Source: an uncultured Clostridia bacterium (GTDB lineage: Bacteria > Bacillota > Clostridia > TANB77 > CAG-465). From it: DNA of 64,000 nucleotides. This document shows, piece by piece, positions 17,352-28,236 of the stretch. How positions within the stretch are numbered: position 1 is the stretch's first letter; every line of letters starts with the position of its first letter. The DNA is taken from NCBI GenBank assembly GCA_947630145.1, contig CANRGL010000001.1, positions 17,289-81,288 on the forward strand. Reading direction: 5' to 3'. A program made the translations under genes and the position numbers. A model generated the notes under the pieces. It was given only the letters and a program-made list of their open reading frames with translations, did not search any database and was not told the DNA's origin.

Positions 17352-19686
17352 TTAATGCTTCACCTGGCTTTGTAGTCATCAACCTATATAGCTCAGTATT
17401 CTTTGGAAATCGATTTACAAAAGGAACATTTGCAGATCCTACACGCATTAAACCTTCTCCTACACCTACATTTGTTATAAAACTCATCTGTTCATCAGAT
17501 ATATTAAGTAATTTTCCAAGTTCTAATCTATCAGAATATGCTTGATTTAACATTATAATAAATTCAGAATTTGAAAGCATAGTTCGTGCTGTATGACTTT
17601 GTAATAAATCTTCCACGTTTTGTGTAATTCCAGTGCAATATGCTCCATATTTTCTTACTCTTTTCCAAAGTGTAAATAAAAAGTTTGCTGAATATTCATA
17701 TTGAAATAACAAATATATTTCATCGATAAAAACATAAGTATTTTTTCCTTTTGTTCTATTTGCAGTTATTCTATTAAAAATACTATCAAGCACTACCAAC
17801 ATTCCTATTGGAAGTAGTTGTTTTCCTAAATCCAATATGTCATAACAAATCAAATGATTATTAGTATCAACATTAGTATTAAGTGCAAAAGTATTTAGTG
17901 AGCCATTTGTAAATAACTCGATGGCAAGTGCTATTTCTTTGCTCTCATGTTCTTCCTGTTTTAATAATTCTTCTCTAAAGTCTTGTAGTGTTGGAGGTAT
18001 GCCTTGATAATTTCCCTGTTGGAATACTCTATAAACATTAGCAGTACATCTATCAATAATAGACTTTTGCTTTGGGCCAAGATTACCACTACCTATAAGT
18101 TGCTCACATAAAGACAAAATAAACTCTGATTTTAGGATTACTGGATTTGCTCCATCTCCATATTCAGAATTCAAGTCTAAAGGATTTATATGATTATTAC
18201 TAGACGCTGATATTTTTATTACTTCCCCACCTAATGCTTTTACAAGTGAAGAATATTCTGCCTCAGGATCTAAAATTATTATATCTGCCTCAGGATCTTT
18301 TAACTTTATAGTTGTTATTTCTTCTTTTGCAATAAACGATTTTCCTCCACCTGATACACCTAGAATAAAACTATTACCATTTAATAATTGTTTTCTATCT
18401 ACCATAATCATGTTCTTGCTAATTGCATTTTGACCATAAAAGCTACCATTTTCGTGCCTAATTTCCTGTACTTTGAATGGCATAAATACAGCAAGTGATT
18501 CTGTTGTAAGAGTTCTTAAAGCATTTATTTTTCTAATTCCAAATGGTAGTACAGTTTCTAATCCTTCTAATTGTTGGTATCTTAATACTCCCATTTGGCA
18601 TAAATTTTTTCCTGCAATTTGTTTAATAGTATCAGTTAATACATCAAGTTTTTCTTTCGTTTCTTCAGTTATTACCATTGTTAAAACAGATAAAAACATT
18701 CTTTGATCACGAGTTGTAAGGTCATCTAGAAATTCCTTACTTTGTTCTCTTTGTTGTTCCATATCATAAGGAATAATAGCTGAAAAGTTATTGTTCGCAT
18801 TTTGCTTTCTTTGCCAATTTGAAATATTTGTTTCTATTCCTAATCTTCTATTCTCTGCCTCTTTAACTGCCTCATCCATTGGGATTGGTATAATGTCAAG
18901 CGATAACATCATATTTTTGTTAAGTTCTGTAAGTTCGGTTACCATCGAATCTTTTATATAATTAGGATAATGTTTTAAAAATAGTACTCTACCATATCTA
19001 TTTCCAATTTTAAAATAGTCACTTTTAAATTTTGCACTATCTGGACAAATCATATCTTTAAAATTATGTCCTAACTTCATGTTTTCTTGAATATTAAATG
19101 AAAATGATGTTTCTTCACCTGTTCTATAAAAATCATGAGCAATCCTTAATCTTTCTTGTGTATCTAATCCTATACATTTTGAGCCTAATGCTGTAAAATG
19201 ATTATTTAACTCTGAGCCTATTCTTGAAAAATAGTTTCTCGCTTCCTCAATCGACCTTTTATATACTGAAATAGTTATTATTTTTTCTTGTACAATTTCA
19301 TTAGCATTTTTAGATTGAGAAATAAGCATTTCATTATACTCTTTTCTGTATTTATCTAGATCATCTCCTTTTTCTTTTAATAAAATTTTCTTTCTAAAAT
19401 CTAGTTTATTTATTCTTCTATTATTTATAGTTATTTTTGTTGTAGCACCTGTATCTAGAGAATTAAGTAATGCAGAATATTCTAAAAACATCGCCTCTTT
19501 ATCTTCTCCACTTGCAACTGCATAGTTTATATCTGTGAATATATATGATTTTGAATATTTATTTTTTCCAATTAAAAATATTCCATCTTCCCATATAGAT
19601 TTAATTGGAATAATATCTTGAACATATTTTGGTACTTTTATTTTTTCCTTGTCTAGTTTGATAATTCTACTAAGTGTTTTCAACAT
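17344..19686 (-). CDS. VirB4/TrbE/PrgJ-family type IV secretion ATPase
   Basis: 780 aa. Walker A GVSGGGKSF. IILDPEAEY and the C-terminal NTPase region are typical of VirB4. Confidence 0.85.
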   Translation of the reverse strand: MLKTLSRIIKLDKEKIKVPKYVQDIIPIKSIWEDGIFLIGKNKYSKSYIFTDINYAVASGEDKEAMFLEYSALLNSLDTGATTKITINNRRINKLDFRKKILLKEKGDDLDKYRKEYNEMLISQSKNANEIVQEKIITISVYKRSIEEARNYFSRIGSELNNHFTALGSKCIGLDTQERLRIAHDFYRTGEETSFSFNIQENMKLGHNFKDMICPDSAKFKSDYFKIGNRYGRVLFLKHYPNYIKDSMVTELTELNKNMMLSLDIIPIPMDEAVKEAENRRLGIETNISNWQRKQNANNNFSAIIPYDMEQQREQSKEFLDDLTTRDQRMFLSVLTMVITEETKEKLDVLTDTIKQIAGKNLCQMGVLRYQQLEGLETVLPFGIRKINALRTLTTESLAVFMPFKVQEIRHENGSFYGQNAISKNMIMVDRKQLLNGNSFILGVSGGGKSFIAKEEITTIKLKDPEADIIILDPEAEYSSLVKALGGEVIKISASSNNHINPLDLNSEYGDGANPVILKSEFILSLCEQLIGSGNLGPKQKSIIDRCTANVYRVFQQGNYQGIPPTLQDFREELLKQEEHESKEIALAIELFTNGSLNTFALNTNVDTNNHLICYDILDLGKQLLPIGMLVVLDSIFNRITANRTKGKNTYVFIDEIYLLFQYEYSANFLFTLWKRVRKYGAYCTGITQNVEDLLQSHTARTMLSNSEFIIMLNQAYSDRLELGKLLNISDEQMSFITNVGVGEGLMRVGSANVPFVNRFPKNTELYRLMTTKPGEALNE

Positions 19687-20119
19687 TTCTTTCAGCCTCC
19701 CTATTTTTTTTACTACCTTTTTTTAATTTCTTATCTTTCTTTTCTTTTTTTATTTTCTTAGGTTTTAAAATTCCTTGTTTCATTCTTTTATCAATTACTT
19801 CTCTAAATTCTTCAGCATATATATTTTGTGCATCAAATATTAAATGCTTAGGCATCATAACTATATTTTTTAAAAATGCAATAACAAATTCTTCTGCATT
19901 CATTCCATTATATTTTATGAAACCCAAAGCTGCAAAAGGAGCAGCTCCCAAAATACATAGCCATGATAATGTTTCTATTCCAAAAAAAGGTTTTAGAGTA
20001 AAGTATAAAACAATGGCAACTCCACAAGCCAAGATAGAAAAAATGAACTGTCTTAAAGACAGTCCAAAGAAAATACTTTCGCTAAATTCTCTAATTTCTT
20101 TGTTAATTTTAACTTCCAT
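19670..20119 (-). CDS. VirB3/PrgI-like small membrane protein
   Basis: 149 aa with two TM helices near the N-terminus. Overlaps the VirB4 start by 17 bp, the typical VirB3-VirB4 arrangement. Confidence 0.45.
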   Translation of the reverse strand: MEVKINKEIREFSESIFFGLSLRQFIFSILACGVAIVLYFTLKPFFGIETLSWLCILGAAPFAALGFIKYNGMNAEEFVIAFLKNIVMMPKHLIFDAQNIYAEEFREVIDKRMKQGILKPKKIKKEKKDKKLKKGSKKNREAERNVENT

Positions 20120-20122
20120 TTT

Positions 20123-21352
20123 TTATCTTGCCTCCCTATTTTTATTTTTATTTTTATTTTTGACTTTCTCCTGTTTCATATCATTCTTAATACATTCATA
20201 CATATCTTCATCAATTAGTTTATATGCTTTAGGCTCTATTTCGCCTGTCTGCAATTCAACTAACCTTTTTATAATTCTTTTTCTCAATTCTGGAGTTATT
20301 TTGTCTAAATACATTCCCATAGTTTTAATAACTGGTTCACTAGAAATACTATTTACATCATAAAACTTATAATCCTTCAAACCGTTATTTAGATTTGAGC
20401 TTACAATAAAATCAGGAATATCTTCGAATCTCAAAATAACTTCATTTATTCCATCATCTGCAAAATATAATTCATGATTTGATTTTATTAAATTTTTTAT
20501 TTCATCTTTTGTATAAAAAATATCATTATATTCTTTATTATCACTTTGACTATTCTCTCGCATTTCATCTAGTTTGCTTTCGCAAGAATTATTATCAATA
20601 ATACATATATTTTCCTTTTCTTGTTCTTCTTTTATCATTTGCTCAATTAAAATCATTTTTTTAATTTCATTTGCATATTCTTTTTCAAATCCTAACTTTG
20701 GTTCTTCACATAAAGTATTCTTAGAATAACATGTTATATTATAATTTATCATATCCTTTATTTCATTTAAAAATTCTAGCCTAGATAACTCTTTTTCATC
20801 TTCATTTAGTATTAAGTTAATAACTTTTTCAGTATATTTTTCATAATCATATAACATATAATATTCTTCTGTTTCTTTTATATACTCTGATATAGCTTTT
20901 AATTGCTTTATAGATGGATTTACATTATATTCTTCAGTAAATAATCTTTTTATAGATTCAACTGTTGTAAAAACTGTTCCATCATTAGCTTCATAATCAT
21001 AAGAAAGTGAAGCATTATAAACTTCTTCAGCCTCCTTATCATTTAAATCATATTTCTTCATTATTTGGCTTAACAATTTTCTACATTCTATGCTAGTATA
21101 ATCTCTTATAAAATTAAAATCTAATTCATTATTCATTATATTATTTTCTATTGTATCATCATTGAAACGAACAACATAAGAATCATGCTCTTTATCTCTA
21201 CCTTTTACTACTCCTAAAACATCTACAACTTCATCATAATGTCTCAAACTAGATGCAATTTTTGTTAAAAATAAAGCTTTCCTATTTTCAAATTTAATAT
21301 AGTTATTACTAGTTTCAATAATTTTTAAATCTTCTTCACTTATTTTACTCAT
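20123..21352 (-). CDS. acidic hypothetical protein of conjugation module
   Basis: 409-aa ORF with no recognisable motif. Confidence 0.3.
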   Translation of the reverse strand: MSKISEEDLKIIETSNNYIKFENRKALFLTKIASSLRHYDEVVDVLGVVKGRDKEHDSYVVRFNDDTIENNIMNNELDFNFIRDYTSIECRKLLSQIMKKYDLNDKEAEEVYNASLSYDYEANDGTVFTTVESIKRLFTEEYNVNPSIKQLKAISEYIKETEEYYMLYDYEKYTEKVINLILNEDEKELSRLEFLNEIKDMINYNITCYSKNTLCEEPKLGFEKEYANEIKKMILIEQMIKEEQEKENICIIDNNSCESKLDEMRENSQSDNKEYNDIFYTKDEIKNLIKSNHELYFADDGINEVILRFEDIPDFIVSSNLNNGLKDYKFYDVNSISSEPVIKTMGMYLDKITPELRKRIIKRLVELQTGEIEPKAYKLIDEDMYECIKNDMKQEKVKNKNKNKNREAR

Positions 21353-21396
21353 ATATATTCCTACCTTTCTATCAATTCATTATTATCTATATTTTT

Positions 21397-22233
21397 TTAT
21401 AATCCCATCATTTCTCTAACAATTCTATCTGATAATCTAATTGTTCCTACTAACACTAACATATTGAATATTAACTCTCCTACATATTTCCATACCATTG
21501 TTACTGGTGCAGCTCCTGTATCGACAACAGGTGGACTTGCAGCAAATGCAGAAAATATAATACAAGCAAGAACAATAATTGCTCCCTCTAGACATACTGC
21601 TATATAACTCTTTAAAAAACTTTTTCCAACATTTTGCGTACTCTCTCCAGCAAAACTTGACAAAGGTATAGGAGCAATAGCAGTATACATATATAATTTG
21701 AAAAATCTTCCATATACTGTTAATATTAAAATAAATGAAAGTACCATTATAAATAAGCCTCCAAGTAATGTAACAGCCCATAATGGTATACTTTCAAAAA
21801 AGCCACAATTATTTACAGCATCTATAATTGTTTCTGGTAAAGTAATACCACTTGCTTGAAATGTACTTTTTTCCATAATAGTCGTTACAATTCCTTGTAT
21901 AATTTTAAAAACTGCTAACATTAAATCCATTCCATAAGTAACTATTCCTTTTGCAATAGCAAATCTCAAAAATAATTTTAACGCTTGTTCAGGTCTTTTT
22001 ATTTCAGAAAAATTCCCCATTGTTTTCATTACTCCAACAACAAAAAACAAAACAAGTAATGCAAATCCTATTGCTTGTAATGCTCCGTTAATATTAACGA
22101 TAATTTCCCAAATTGCTCCATCTTTAAAATCTGCAGGACTTTGAGTTACTATTGTATAAATTTCTGCAAGTTTTCCATTCCAAGTATCTAACGCATTTTG
22201 CAAATTTCCTACTATCCAATTCAATATCTTCAC
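21397..22233 (-). CDS. polytopic membrane protein, VirB6/TrbL-like candidate
   Basis: 278 aa with at least 5 hydrophobic segments. Lies between the coupling protein and the VirB4 block. Confidence 0.4.
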   Translation of the reverse strand: MKILNWIVGNLQNALDTWNGKLAEIYTIVTQSPADFKDGAIWEIIVNINGALQAIGFALLVLFFVVGVMKTMGNFSEIKRPEQALKLFLRFAIAKGIVTYGMDLMLAVFKIIQGIVTTIMEKSTFQASGITLPETIIDAVNNCGFFESIPLWAVTLLGGLFIMVLSFILILTVYGRFFKLYMYTAIAPIPLSSFAGESTQNVGKSFLKSYIAVCLEGAIIVLACIIFSAFAASPPVVDTGAAPVTMVWKYVGELIFNMLVLVGTIRLSDRIVREMMGL

Positions 22234-22298
22234 CTCATTTCATTTTAAAAATTAAAAGGCAGATATGCTTTAAATACCTGCCTCTTACATTTTTTACT

Positions 22299-22628
22299 TT
22301 AGCCACCTGTGATTAGATTTAAAATCTCTTTTGCAAATGTTATAACTATTCCACCTGCAAGAGTCATAATTCCATTGGCTCGCTGTGTTGGATCATGAGA
22401 CTTTAAACTCATACCCACTTGTACCACTCCAAAGCCTAAAATAATCATTCCTACAGCTCTTATTAAGCCAAATATAAAATTTGACAAATTATTTACAACT
22501 GCTATTGGATCATCGGTTGCAAAAACAGTAGATACTTCTACAATACTTATAACAATTATATAAGCTATAATAAATAATTTCATAAATAAATTTTTCTTTT
22601 TATTAGTTTTATTTTGTTCTTTCATCAT
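22299..22628 (-). CDS. small two-TM membrane protein (possible T4SS pilin-like/TcpE-like)
   Basis: 109 aa with an N-terminal TM segment and a second hydrophobic hairpin. Confidence 0.3.
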   Translation of the reverse strand: MMKEQNKTNKKKNLFMKLFIIAYIIVISIVEVSTVFATDDPIAVVNNLSNFIFGLIRAVGMIILGFGVVQVGMSLKSHDPTQRANGIMTLAGGIVITFAKEILNLITGG

Positions 22629-22645
22629 TTTATCTCCTCTCTTTT

Positions 22646-24442
22646 TTATAAAAATAAATTTTCTATTTCTTCTTCAGATAATAATTCATAATTTTTATCT
22701 TTTAATTCTAAATCAGTAATATTTTCAGAATTTATATCATTATCAAAATCAAATGAAATACTACCTATTGCATTATCAGTATTACCATGTATATACGGCT
22801 TGATATTCTTATTTCCAATAGGTGTTCTAACACTATTAAAATGTTCTTTAAGATTAAATTTTAAATCTTTTACAGGTCTTTCTCCTCTTATAAAGAGTAA
22901 AGCATATCTATTATCTAACATTCTTACTTCATCAGGTGTTAGTAATTCTCTTCCTGCAATTTGGTCATTAGTAGAATAACTACCATGTGAGCCATAACTT
23001 CTTCCATAAGAATTGATATCAATAGTTTCTTTACCTAACAATTCTGATACATACTTATGCGTTGATTGTTCATTTCCACCTAAATATAAAAAAGAATCGC
23101 AGTTTCCGATTATACTTTCCCATTGCTTTTCAAATAAAGCCTTTAATTGTGCTAAATTTTGTAGAATGATAGAAACTGAAACTTCTCTTGAACGCATAAC
23201 TGAAAGTATTTTGTCAAAATCGTCAGGCAAACTTACATTAGCAAACTCATCCATTACAAAGTGAACATGTATTGGTAGACTTCCACCATATTTATAATCT
23301 GCTAAATAAAATAATTGTTGAAAGAGTTGTGTATATAATATACTTACAAGAAAATTAAATGAGGTGTCACTGTCTGGAATTATTGCAAATAATGCCACCT
23401 TTTTTTCTCCTAAACTTGCTAAATCTAGTTCATCTGTTTGTGTAAGCTGTGCCATACTTTCTAAATTAAACTTTTCAAGTCTTGCTGCTAAAGTTATTTG
23501 TATAGACTTTAAAGTTTTAGCACTTCCTGAATGATATGCCCTATAATATTTTAAAGCTATATGCTCTGGATTTCTTGTTTCTAGTCTATTAAAAAGCATA
23601 TCAAGTGGACTTACATAGTCATCATCATCTTCTTTAACATCTCCAGCTCTTAATAGTTCCATAACCATAACGAAGTTTTGCTCATCTTCTGGTGCTTCAT
23701 ACTTTAGATAAAAAATTAAAGCTAAAAGTAACATACTTGCTGCAGTATCCCAAAAAGGATCATTTGTTGTACTTCCTTTTGGAGTAGTAGATTTGAATAG
23801 GTTAGTTACTAATTTTTGAACATCATTGTCTGACTTCAAATATACAAATGGGTTATAGCAATAAGATTTTTCCATGTTTATTAAATCTAACACTTTTACT
23901 ACATATCCATTTTCTTCTAATAGATGTCCAGTATCTCTTACAATTTCTCCTTTCGGATCTAATACAACATATGAAGAATTACATTGAAGAACATTAGGCT
24001 TACAGTAGCTAAATGTTTTTCCTGCACCACTACCACCAACAACAATAGTATTAAGATTTCTTCTATGCTTTCTTCCATCTAATCCAATAGCAACATTTTT
24101 AGTTAGAATTTTATTATAATTATTAGGTTGTTTATATTTTTTATTTATTTCACTTGCCTCGCCCCATTTAGCAGAGCCATTTTCTTCTCTTCTCCTATAA
24201 TTTTTTTTAGTTGACTCATATAATAATATTGATAATATGTATATAAATAAAAAAATAAGAATAGTTCTTATACTATTCTCTGTAAATGTAATATGAAATG
24301 GATTATTTAAAGCAATACTACCGTTTTTTACAATTTCAATGAGTCCACCTTTAATATAAGGAGCAATTAGAAGTGCTATCCATATAACAGGTATTAAACC
24401 AAAAAAATATAAAACTCTAATAATTTTCTTTTCATCTTTCAA
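22646..24442 (-). CDS. VirD4/TraG-family type IV coupling protein
   Basis: 598 aa with N-terminal TM helices. Walker A VVGGSGAGKTF and the TraG/VirD4 core. Confidence 0.85.
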   Translation of the reverse strand: MKDEKKIIRVLYFFGLIPVIWIALLIAPYIKGGLIEIVKNGSIALNNPFHITFTENSIRTILIFLFIYILSILLYESTKKNYRRREENGSAKWGEASEINKKYKQPNNYNKILTKNVAIGLDGRKHRRNLNTIVVGGSGAGKTFSYCKPNVLQCNSSYVVLDPKGEIVRDTGHLLEENGYVVKVLDLINMEKSYCYNPFVYLKSDNDVQKLVTNLFKSTTPKGSTTNDPFWDTAASMLLLALIFYLKYEAPEDEQNFVMVMELLRAGDVKEDDDDYVSPLDMLFNRLETRNPEHIALKYYRAYHSGSAKTLKSIQITLAARLEKFNLESMAQLTQTDELDLASLGEKKVALFAIIPDSDTSFNFLVSILYTQLFQQLFYLADYKYGGSLPIHVHFVMDEFANVSLPDDFDKILSVMRSREVSVSIILQNLAQLKALFEKQWESIIGNCDSFLYLGGNEQSTHKYVSELLGKETIDINSYGRSYGSHGSYSTNDQIAGRELLTPDEVRMLDNRYALLFIRGERPVKDLKFNLKEHFNSVRTPIGNKNIKPYIHGNTDNAIGSISFDFDNDINSENITDLELKDKNYELLSEEEIENLFL

Positions 24443-24620
24443 ATGTATAATTACCTCTGAATTTCTTTTTTAATGGGGCATCTAAAATCTTTTTTATTAA
24501 CTTATCAATAATTTCTGTATCAATATTTTCTGCTATTTTTTTATTTCTAAATTCATTTAAGGCATTTATCATCAGTTTAAAATCATAAATATCTAAATCG
24601 ATTGTTCTTATATCTTCCAA
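24432..24620 (-). CDS. hypothetical protein
   Basis: 62-aa ORF overlapping the coupling protein start. Confidence 0.25.
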   Translation of the reverse strand: MEDIRTIDLDIYDFKLMINALNEFRNKKIAENIDTEIIDKLIKKILDAPLKKKFRGNYTFER

Positions 24621-24632
24621 TTTATATACCTC

Positions 24633-25376
24633 CTATCTTTCTTTAGTTTTATTTTCTTTAAGATTTGAAACTTTTAAATCAGCTTTTTCTTTTGCTTTGT
24701 TTTCTTCACGTATTTTAACTTCATTTTTTAGTTTTACAAGTTCTTTTCTAACGGATTTTCTTTGTCCTTTAGATACCCCTTCTTGTTTCTTTGAAGTTTC
24801 TGAGGAAAGCTCGGACTGAGGGCTTTTTGTCTTTGCTAAATTGAAATTTTCTACTTTAGTTTCTTCCTTTTGAATTGGCTTTTCTGATAAAACTTCTTCA
24901 AGTTGTTCTTCTTTTGACTTTTCTTGTACTCCAAGTTCCTTTCTTTGAGATTCTCTTTTCTCAATAGACTTTGTAACTTCAGTATCAACTCTTGCAGTAT
25001 CAACTGCAGTCAGTTTAAATCTTTCTACAATTCTGTTTATTCTTGCTGCGTCTTCCTCTTTAACTAATATATCAACCATACCATCAAAATCTTTATTATT
25101 GTCTTTTAAAGCACAATATGAAATAAGGTATTTTTTTGACTCTTTTGCAAAAACTTTTAAATCTTCTTGCTTTATTGTAAATATTTTTAAAGGTCTTCCT
25201 GTTCTTAACATACTATTAAGTCTAGTTTTCCCTTTTGTATACTGTGAGTCTTTCATTATAGTATATAACATAGCAGCTACATTTTTTGCTCCACTACCAG
25301 TTAATCTTGCTAACACCTCAAATCCCTCTAAACTTAATCTGACAATTTCTTCTGATACATCACCATTTACACTCAT
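24633..25376 (-). CDS. PcfB-like (DUF3801-like) relaxosome accessory candidate
   Basis: 247 aa. Sits between the relaxase and the coupling protein as in pCF10-type elements. The N-terminal region is conserved and the C-terminus is charged and low-complexity. Confidence 0.35.
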   Translation of the reverse strand: MSVNGDVSEEIVRLSLEGFEVLARLTGSGAKNVAAMLYTIMKDSQYTKGKTRLNSMLRTGRPLKIFTIKQEDLKVFAKESKKYLISYCALKDNNKDFDGMVDILVKEEDAARINRIVERFKLTAVDTARVDTEVTKSIEKRESQRKELGVQEKSKEEQLEEVLSEKPIQKEETKVENFNLAKTKSPQSELSSETSKKQEGVSKGQRKSVRKELVKLKNEVKIREENKAKEKADLKVSNLKENKTKER

Positions 25377-25381
25377 AATAA

Positions 25382-26773
25382 TTACTCCTTTCTATTTTCA
25401 ATTTTTTCTTTCTTACTTTTTTCTTTTGTTTCTTTTTCCAATTCTTCTTGTGTATCAAGTTCTGTTAAATTTTTATCAATTTTTATACTTCTAATTCTTA
25501 TATTCTCACATATATCTACCTCCTTTCGTAATTTATATATATCATTTGTCAAAGTTGAAATTTGTTCAGAAAGTTTTTTTCTATCTTCTTCATTCTTTGA
25601 CAATTTTCTAGTTGTCCATAGCCTTTCTCTTTGACATGATAATTCATTTATTTTAAAATTAGTTTCATCTTTATACAATAATAAATCATCTAGTGTTTTA
25701 ATTTTATTTATAGATAAAAATTTTGCCTCTAAAGATAGTTCATCCATTTTTGAAACATCAGCTCTAATACTTGCAGGTAGTTTTTGTTGTGGTACATTAT
25801 TTGGAAAAACTTTCAATATATAACAATAATGGTAATATAATGCAATAAATCCTTTTGCTTTAGCTCTTTTGTGCCTTTTAGCAAAAGGATAATATGTTTT
25901 TCTGCTATAAACATTTTCTACAAATGGAATTCTTATAGCTTGTTCTTCTATAATTCTTCTTTTTATATTTTCTATTGTATAATTTTCTCCAAATCTTCTT
26001 TCAATTCTTATATTTCTATTGTAATTACTTTTTCTAATACTTAATTTCCCTGCTCTAAAAATTACCTCATAATCTAATTTTTTCATCAGATATATAAAAT
26101 CATCAAAGGAATATGCTTGTCTTATTGCTAAATCTATATCTCTTTTTGCATCTTTTGAATAAGTATCATTGTATAATGACTTTTTATAAAAATTTTCATA
26201 ATTTATTTTTCTTTTTGTAGGTTTTTCGCTAAGTGTATGTAATCCATATTCTTTACAAAGTTCATCAGAAAAATGTCTTATACGAGAATATGTTGTATGA
26301 TTATCGTAATATTTTAGCCCATCTGCAAATGAAACTGAATTTAATACAAAATGATTATGAATATGATTTGTATTTAAATGAGTTGTAACTATAACTTGAA
26401 ATCTATCTCCCCATATTTCTCTTGCTAGTTCAACCCCTATTTTGTGTGCAATCTCAGGAGAAACTTTTTCTTTGAATGATTGATAACCATGAAATGCTAA
26501 TATTTTATCTCTTTTATTATAAAAGTCTTTTACATTATTCATTTCTTCATAAGCAGATTCTACTTCACAATTTATTCCTGTAACATAAAATTGCTTTTCA
26601 GTTTTATCATAATTCATAGCATAATCTAATATATCCTTTAAATCATTTACCATAATTTGATATTTGCCATTTTCAAGTTTATAATTTATATTTTTAGTTT
26701 TATCTTTATTAGCTGCATAATCAATTACATGATCTATTCTTTTTACAACTTTCCAAATTCTAGTAGTTGCCAT
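25382..26773 (-). CDS. MOBP-type relaxase (MobA/MobL family)
   Basis: 463 aa with the histidine triad HLNTNHIHNHFVLN and an N-terminal relaxase fold. Directly downstream of mobC. Confidence 0.8.
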   Translation of the reverse strand: MATTRIWKVVKRIDHVIDYAANKDKTKNINYKLENGKYQIMVNDLKDILDYAMNYDKTEKQFYVTGINCEVESAYEEMNNVKDFYNKRDKILAFHGYQSFKEKVSPEIAHKIGVELAREIWGDRFQVIVTTHLNTNHIHNHFVLNSVSFADGLKYYDNHTTYSRIRHFSDELCKEYGLHTLSEKPTKRKINYENFYKKSLYNDTYSKDAKRDIDLAIRQAYSFDDFIYLMKKLDYEVIFRAGKLSIRKSNYNRNIRIERRFGENYTIENIKRRIIEEQAIRIPFVENVYSRKTYYPFAKRHKRAKAKGFIALYYHYCYILKVFPNNVPQQKLPASIRADVSKMDELSLEAKFLSINKIKTLDDLLLYKDETNFKINELSCQRERLWTTRKLSKNEEDRKKLSEQISTLTNDIYKLRKEVDICENIRIRSIKIDKNLTELDTQEELEKETKEKSKKEKIENRKE

Positions 26774-26790
26774 TTTACATTTCTCCTTTC

Positions 26791-27102
26791 TTATAAATAT
26801 TTTCGTTTTAAATCTTTTACAAGACTAAATAATGTATTTGACTCCTTATTATATTTATCTGTTTCAATTTTTCCAGTTGCATTTGCAATATGTGCAATTT
26901 GATTTATATTAACTCCTATTTTAGATAATTGATTTAATATTTTTAAGAATTCATAATCAGGCTTTTCTTTTACTTCTTTATTTAAAATCAGCTTTCTAAT
27001 ATAATCAGAAATATTACTTTTGCTTTTTGAAATATCATCTAATAATTTTGCATATTCTATATCATTTAGCCTTACTTGTATTCTTATATTTCTTTTTCGC
27101 AT
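26791..27102 (-). CDS. MobC-family relaxosome accessory protein
   Basis: GVNINQIAHIAN motif and an RHH-like N-terminus. The ORF track extends to 27153 but the second Met (MRKRNIRIQV) is the likely start. Confidence 0.65.
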   Translation of the reverse strand: MRKRNIRIQVRLNDIEYAKLLDDISKSKSNISDYIRKLILNKEVKEKPDYEFLKILNQLSKIGVNINQIAHIANATGKIETDKYNKESNTLFSLVKDLKRKYL

Positions 27103-27129
27103 CTTTACCTCCTTTGCAAAATAAACACT

Positions 27130-27155
27130 GGGGATTGGGGCAAGTAGCCCCATAA
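27130..27155. promoter_or_regulatory. candidate oriT: GC-rich hairpin TGGGGC-aagta-GCCCCA
   Basis: A perfect 6-bp inverted repeat in an otherwise AT-rich context, 35-50 bp upstream of mobC/relaxase. Confidence 0.35.
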
Positions 27156-27233
27156 AATAGAATTTGGAAAGAACGATTTTCGGTCTCCCAAATTCAGTGC
27201 TTGCTAATACAAGAAATCAATATAATAACATTT

Positions 27234-28226
27234 TTATCTTACCCCAATTTTTTCCTTATTATTTTCTATTTTATTTTTATATAATTCAATTTCTTGTTTA
27301 CTTTTTAATCCTAATTTAAAACATAAGTAATCATTTATATCTTTACCATAAGGTGCAGGTATATCATACACATTGTACTTGCTTAATGCAATTATCATTG
27401 CTTTTGTTGCTTGTCTTCCAGCTCTGTCATTATCAAAATGTAACACTATATCTTGTACATCTTGATACTTGTTTAAGTAATTTTGTATTGCTATTGGTAC
27501 TTTACTTTGTTCTATATTACTACTAGGTTGATACACTCCTGCAAGTGCAATTAAGTTATGACTTTTATAGTCATATCCTTTTAATTTTAATAATGTAGCA
27601 TACGATAATAAATCTATTGCACTTTCAAAAATATGCAATGTATCATTTTTTAAATTACTCAACAATCTAAAAGAAAACTCTTTTGTACTTCCCTTTGCAT
27701 CTCTCATTATTCTTTTATAACCTGTACTTCGACATCCTGCATACTTAACATTACCCTCGTTATCATAACCTAAAAAAACAACATTATTTGTTTTATCTTC
27801 CTGATAAATCAGATTTTTTTCAATACATTCTTTAATTATTTCTTCATCAATACCACGATATTTTAAATAACTTATAACTTTTTTATTACTACTTGATTTA
27901 CTAGGAATAATAATTTTTCTGTCTTGATTTTGTATATTTTTAGGTACATCATACTCTATTATTTCTTTATTTAAAATACTTCTTACTGCTTCTTGTAATG
28001 TCATTTTTTCAACTTTAATCAAATAATCTAGAGCTGTTTTTCCACCCTCACCAGTAGAAAATCTATGCCACATTCCGTTGCTTATAATAACACTATCATG
28101 AGACTTTAATGAATATGTGTTTATACCTTTCTTTACTAATTCGTCAGGATTATAATTCATAAAATATGTAAATAAATCAATTTCTTTTGCTTTTTTTACT
28201 AACTCTTGTGATACATAATTAGACAT
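27234..28226 (-). CDS. DUF3991 + Toprim domain protein (primase/topoisomerase-like)
   Basis: 330 aa. Toprim DxD (LHFDNDRAGRQA) at the C-terminal end. The N-terminal region is typical of DUF3991 proteins of Gram-positive ICEs. Confidence 0.6.
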   Translation of the reverse strand: MSNYVSQELVKKAKEIDLFTYFMNYNPDELVKKGINTYSLKSHDSVIISNGMWHRFSTGEGGKTALDYLIKVEKMTLQEAVRSILNKEIIEYDVPKNIQNQDRKIIIPSKSSSNKKVISYLKYRGIDEEIIKECIEKNLIYQEDKTNNVVFLGYDNEGNVKYAGCRSTGYKRIMRDAKGSTKEFSFRLLSNLKNDTLHIFESAIDLLSYATLLKLKGYDYKSHNLIALAGVYQPSSNIEQSKVPIAIQNYLNKYQDVQDIVLHFDNDRAGRQATKAMIIALSKYNVYDIPAPYGKDINDYLCFKLGLKSKQEIELYKNKIENNKEKIGVR

Positions 28227-28236
28227 TTTTTTCCTC

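Noticed and set aside
21437-21781. 114-aa Cys/Tyr-rich ORF overlapping the membrane protein gene in another frame; also 14340-14570 and 14533-15061 overlapping the CHAP gene
   Set aside because: These are alternate-frame artefacts inside longer, better-supported ORFs on the same or opposite strand.
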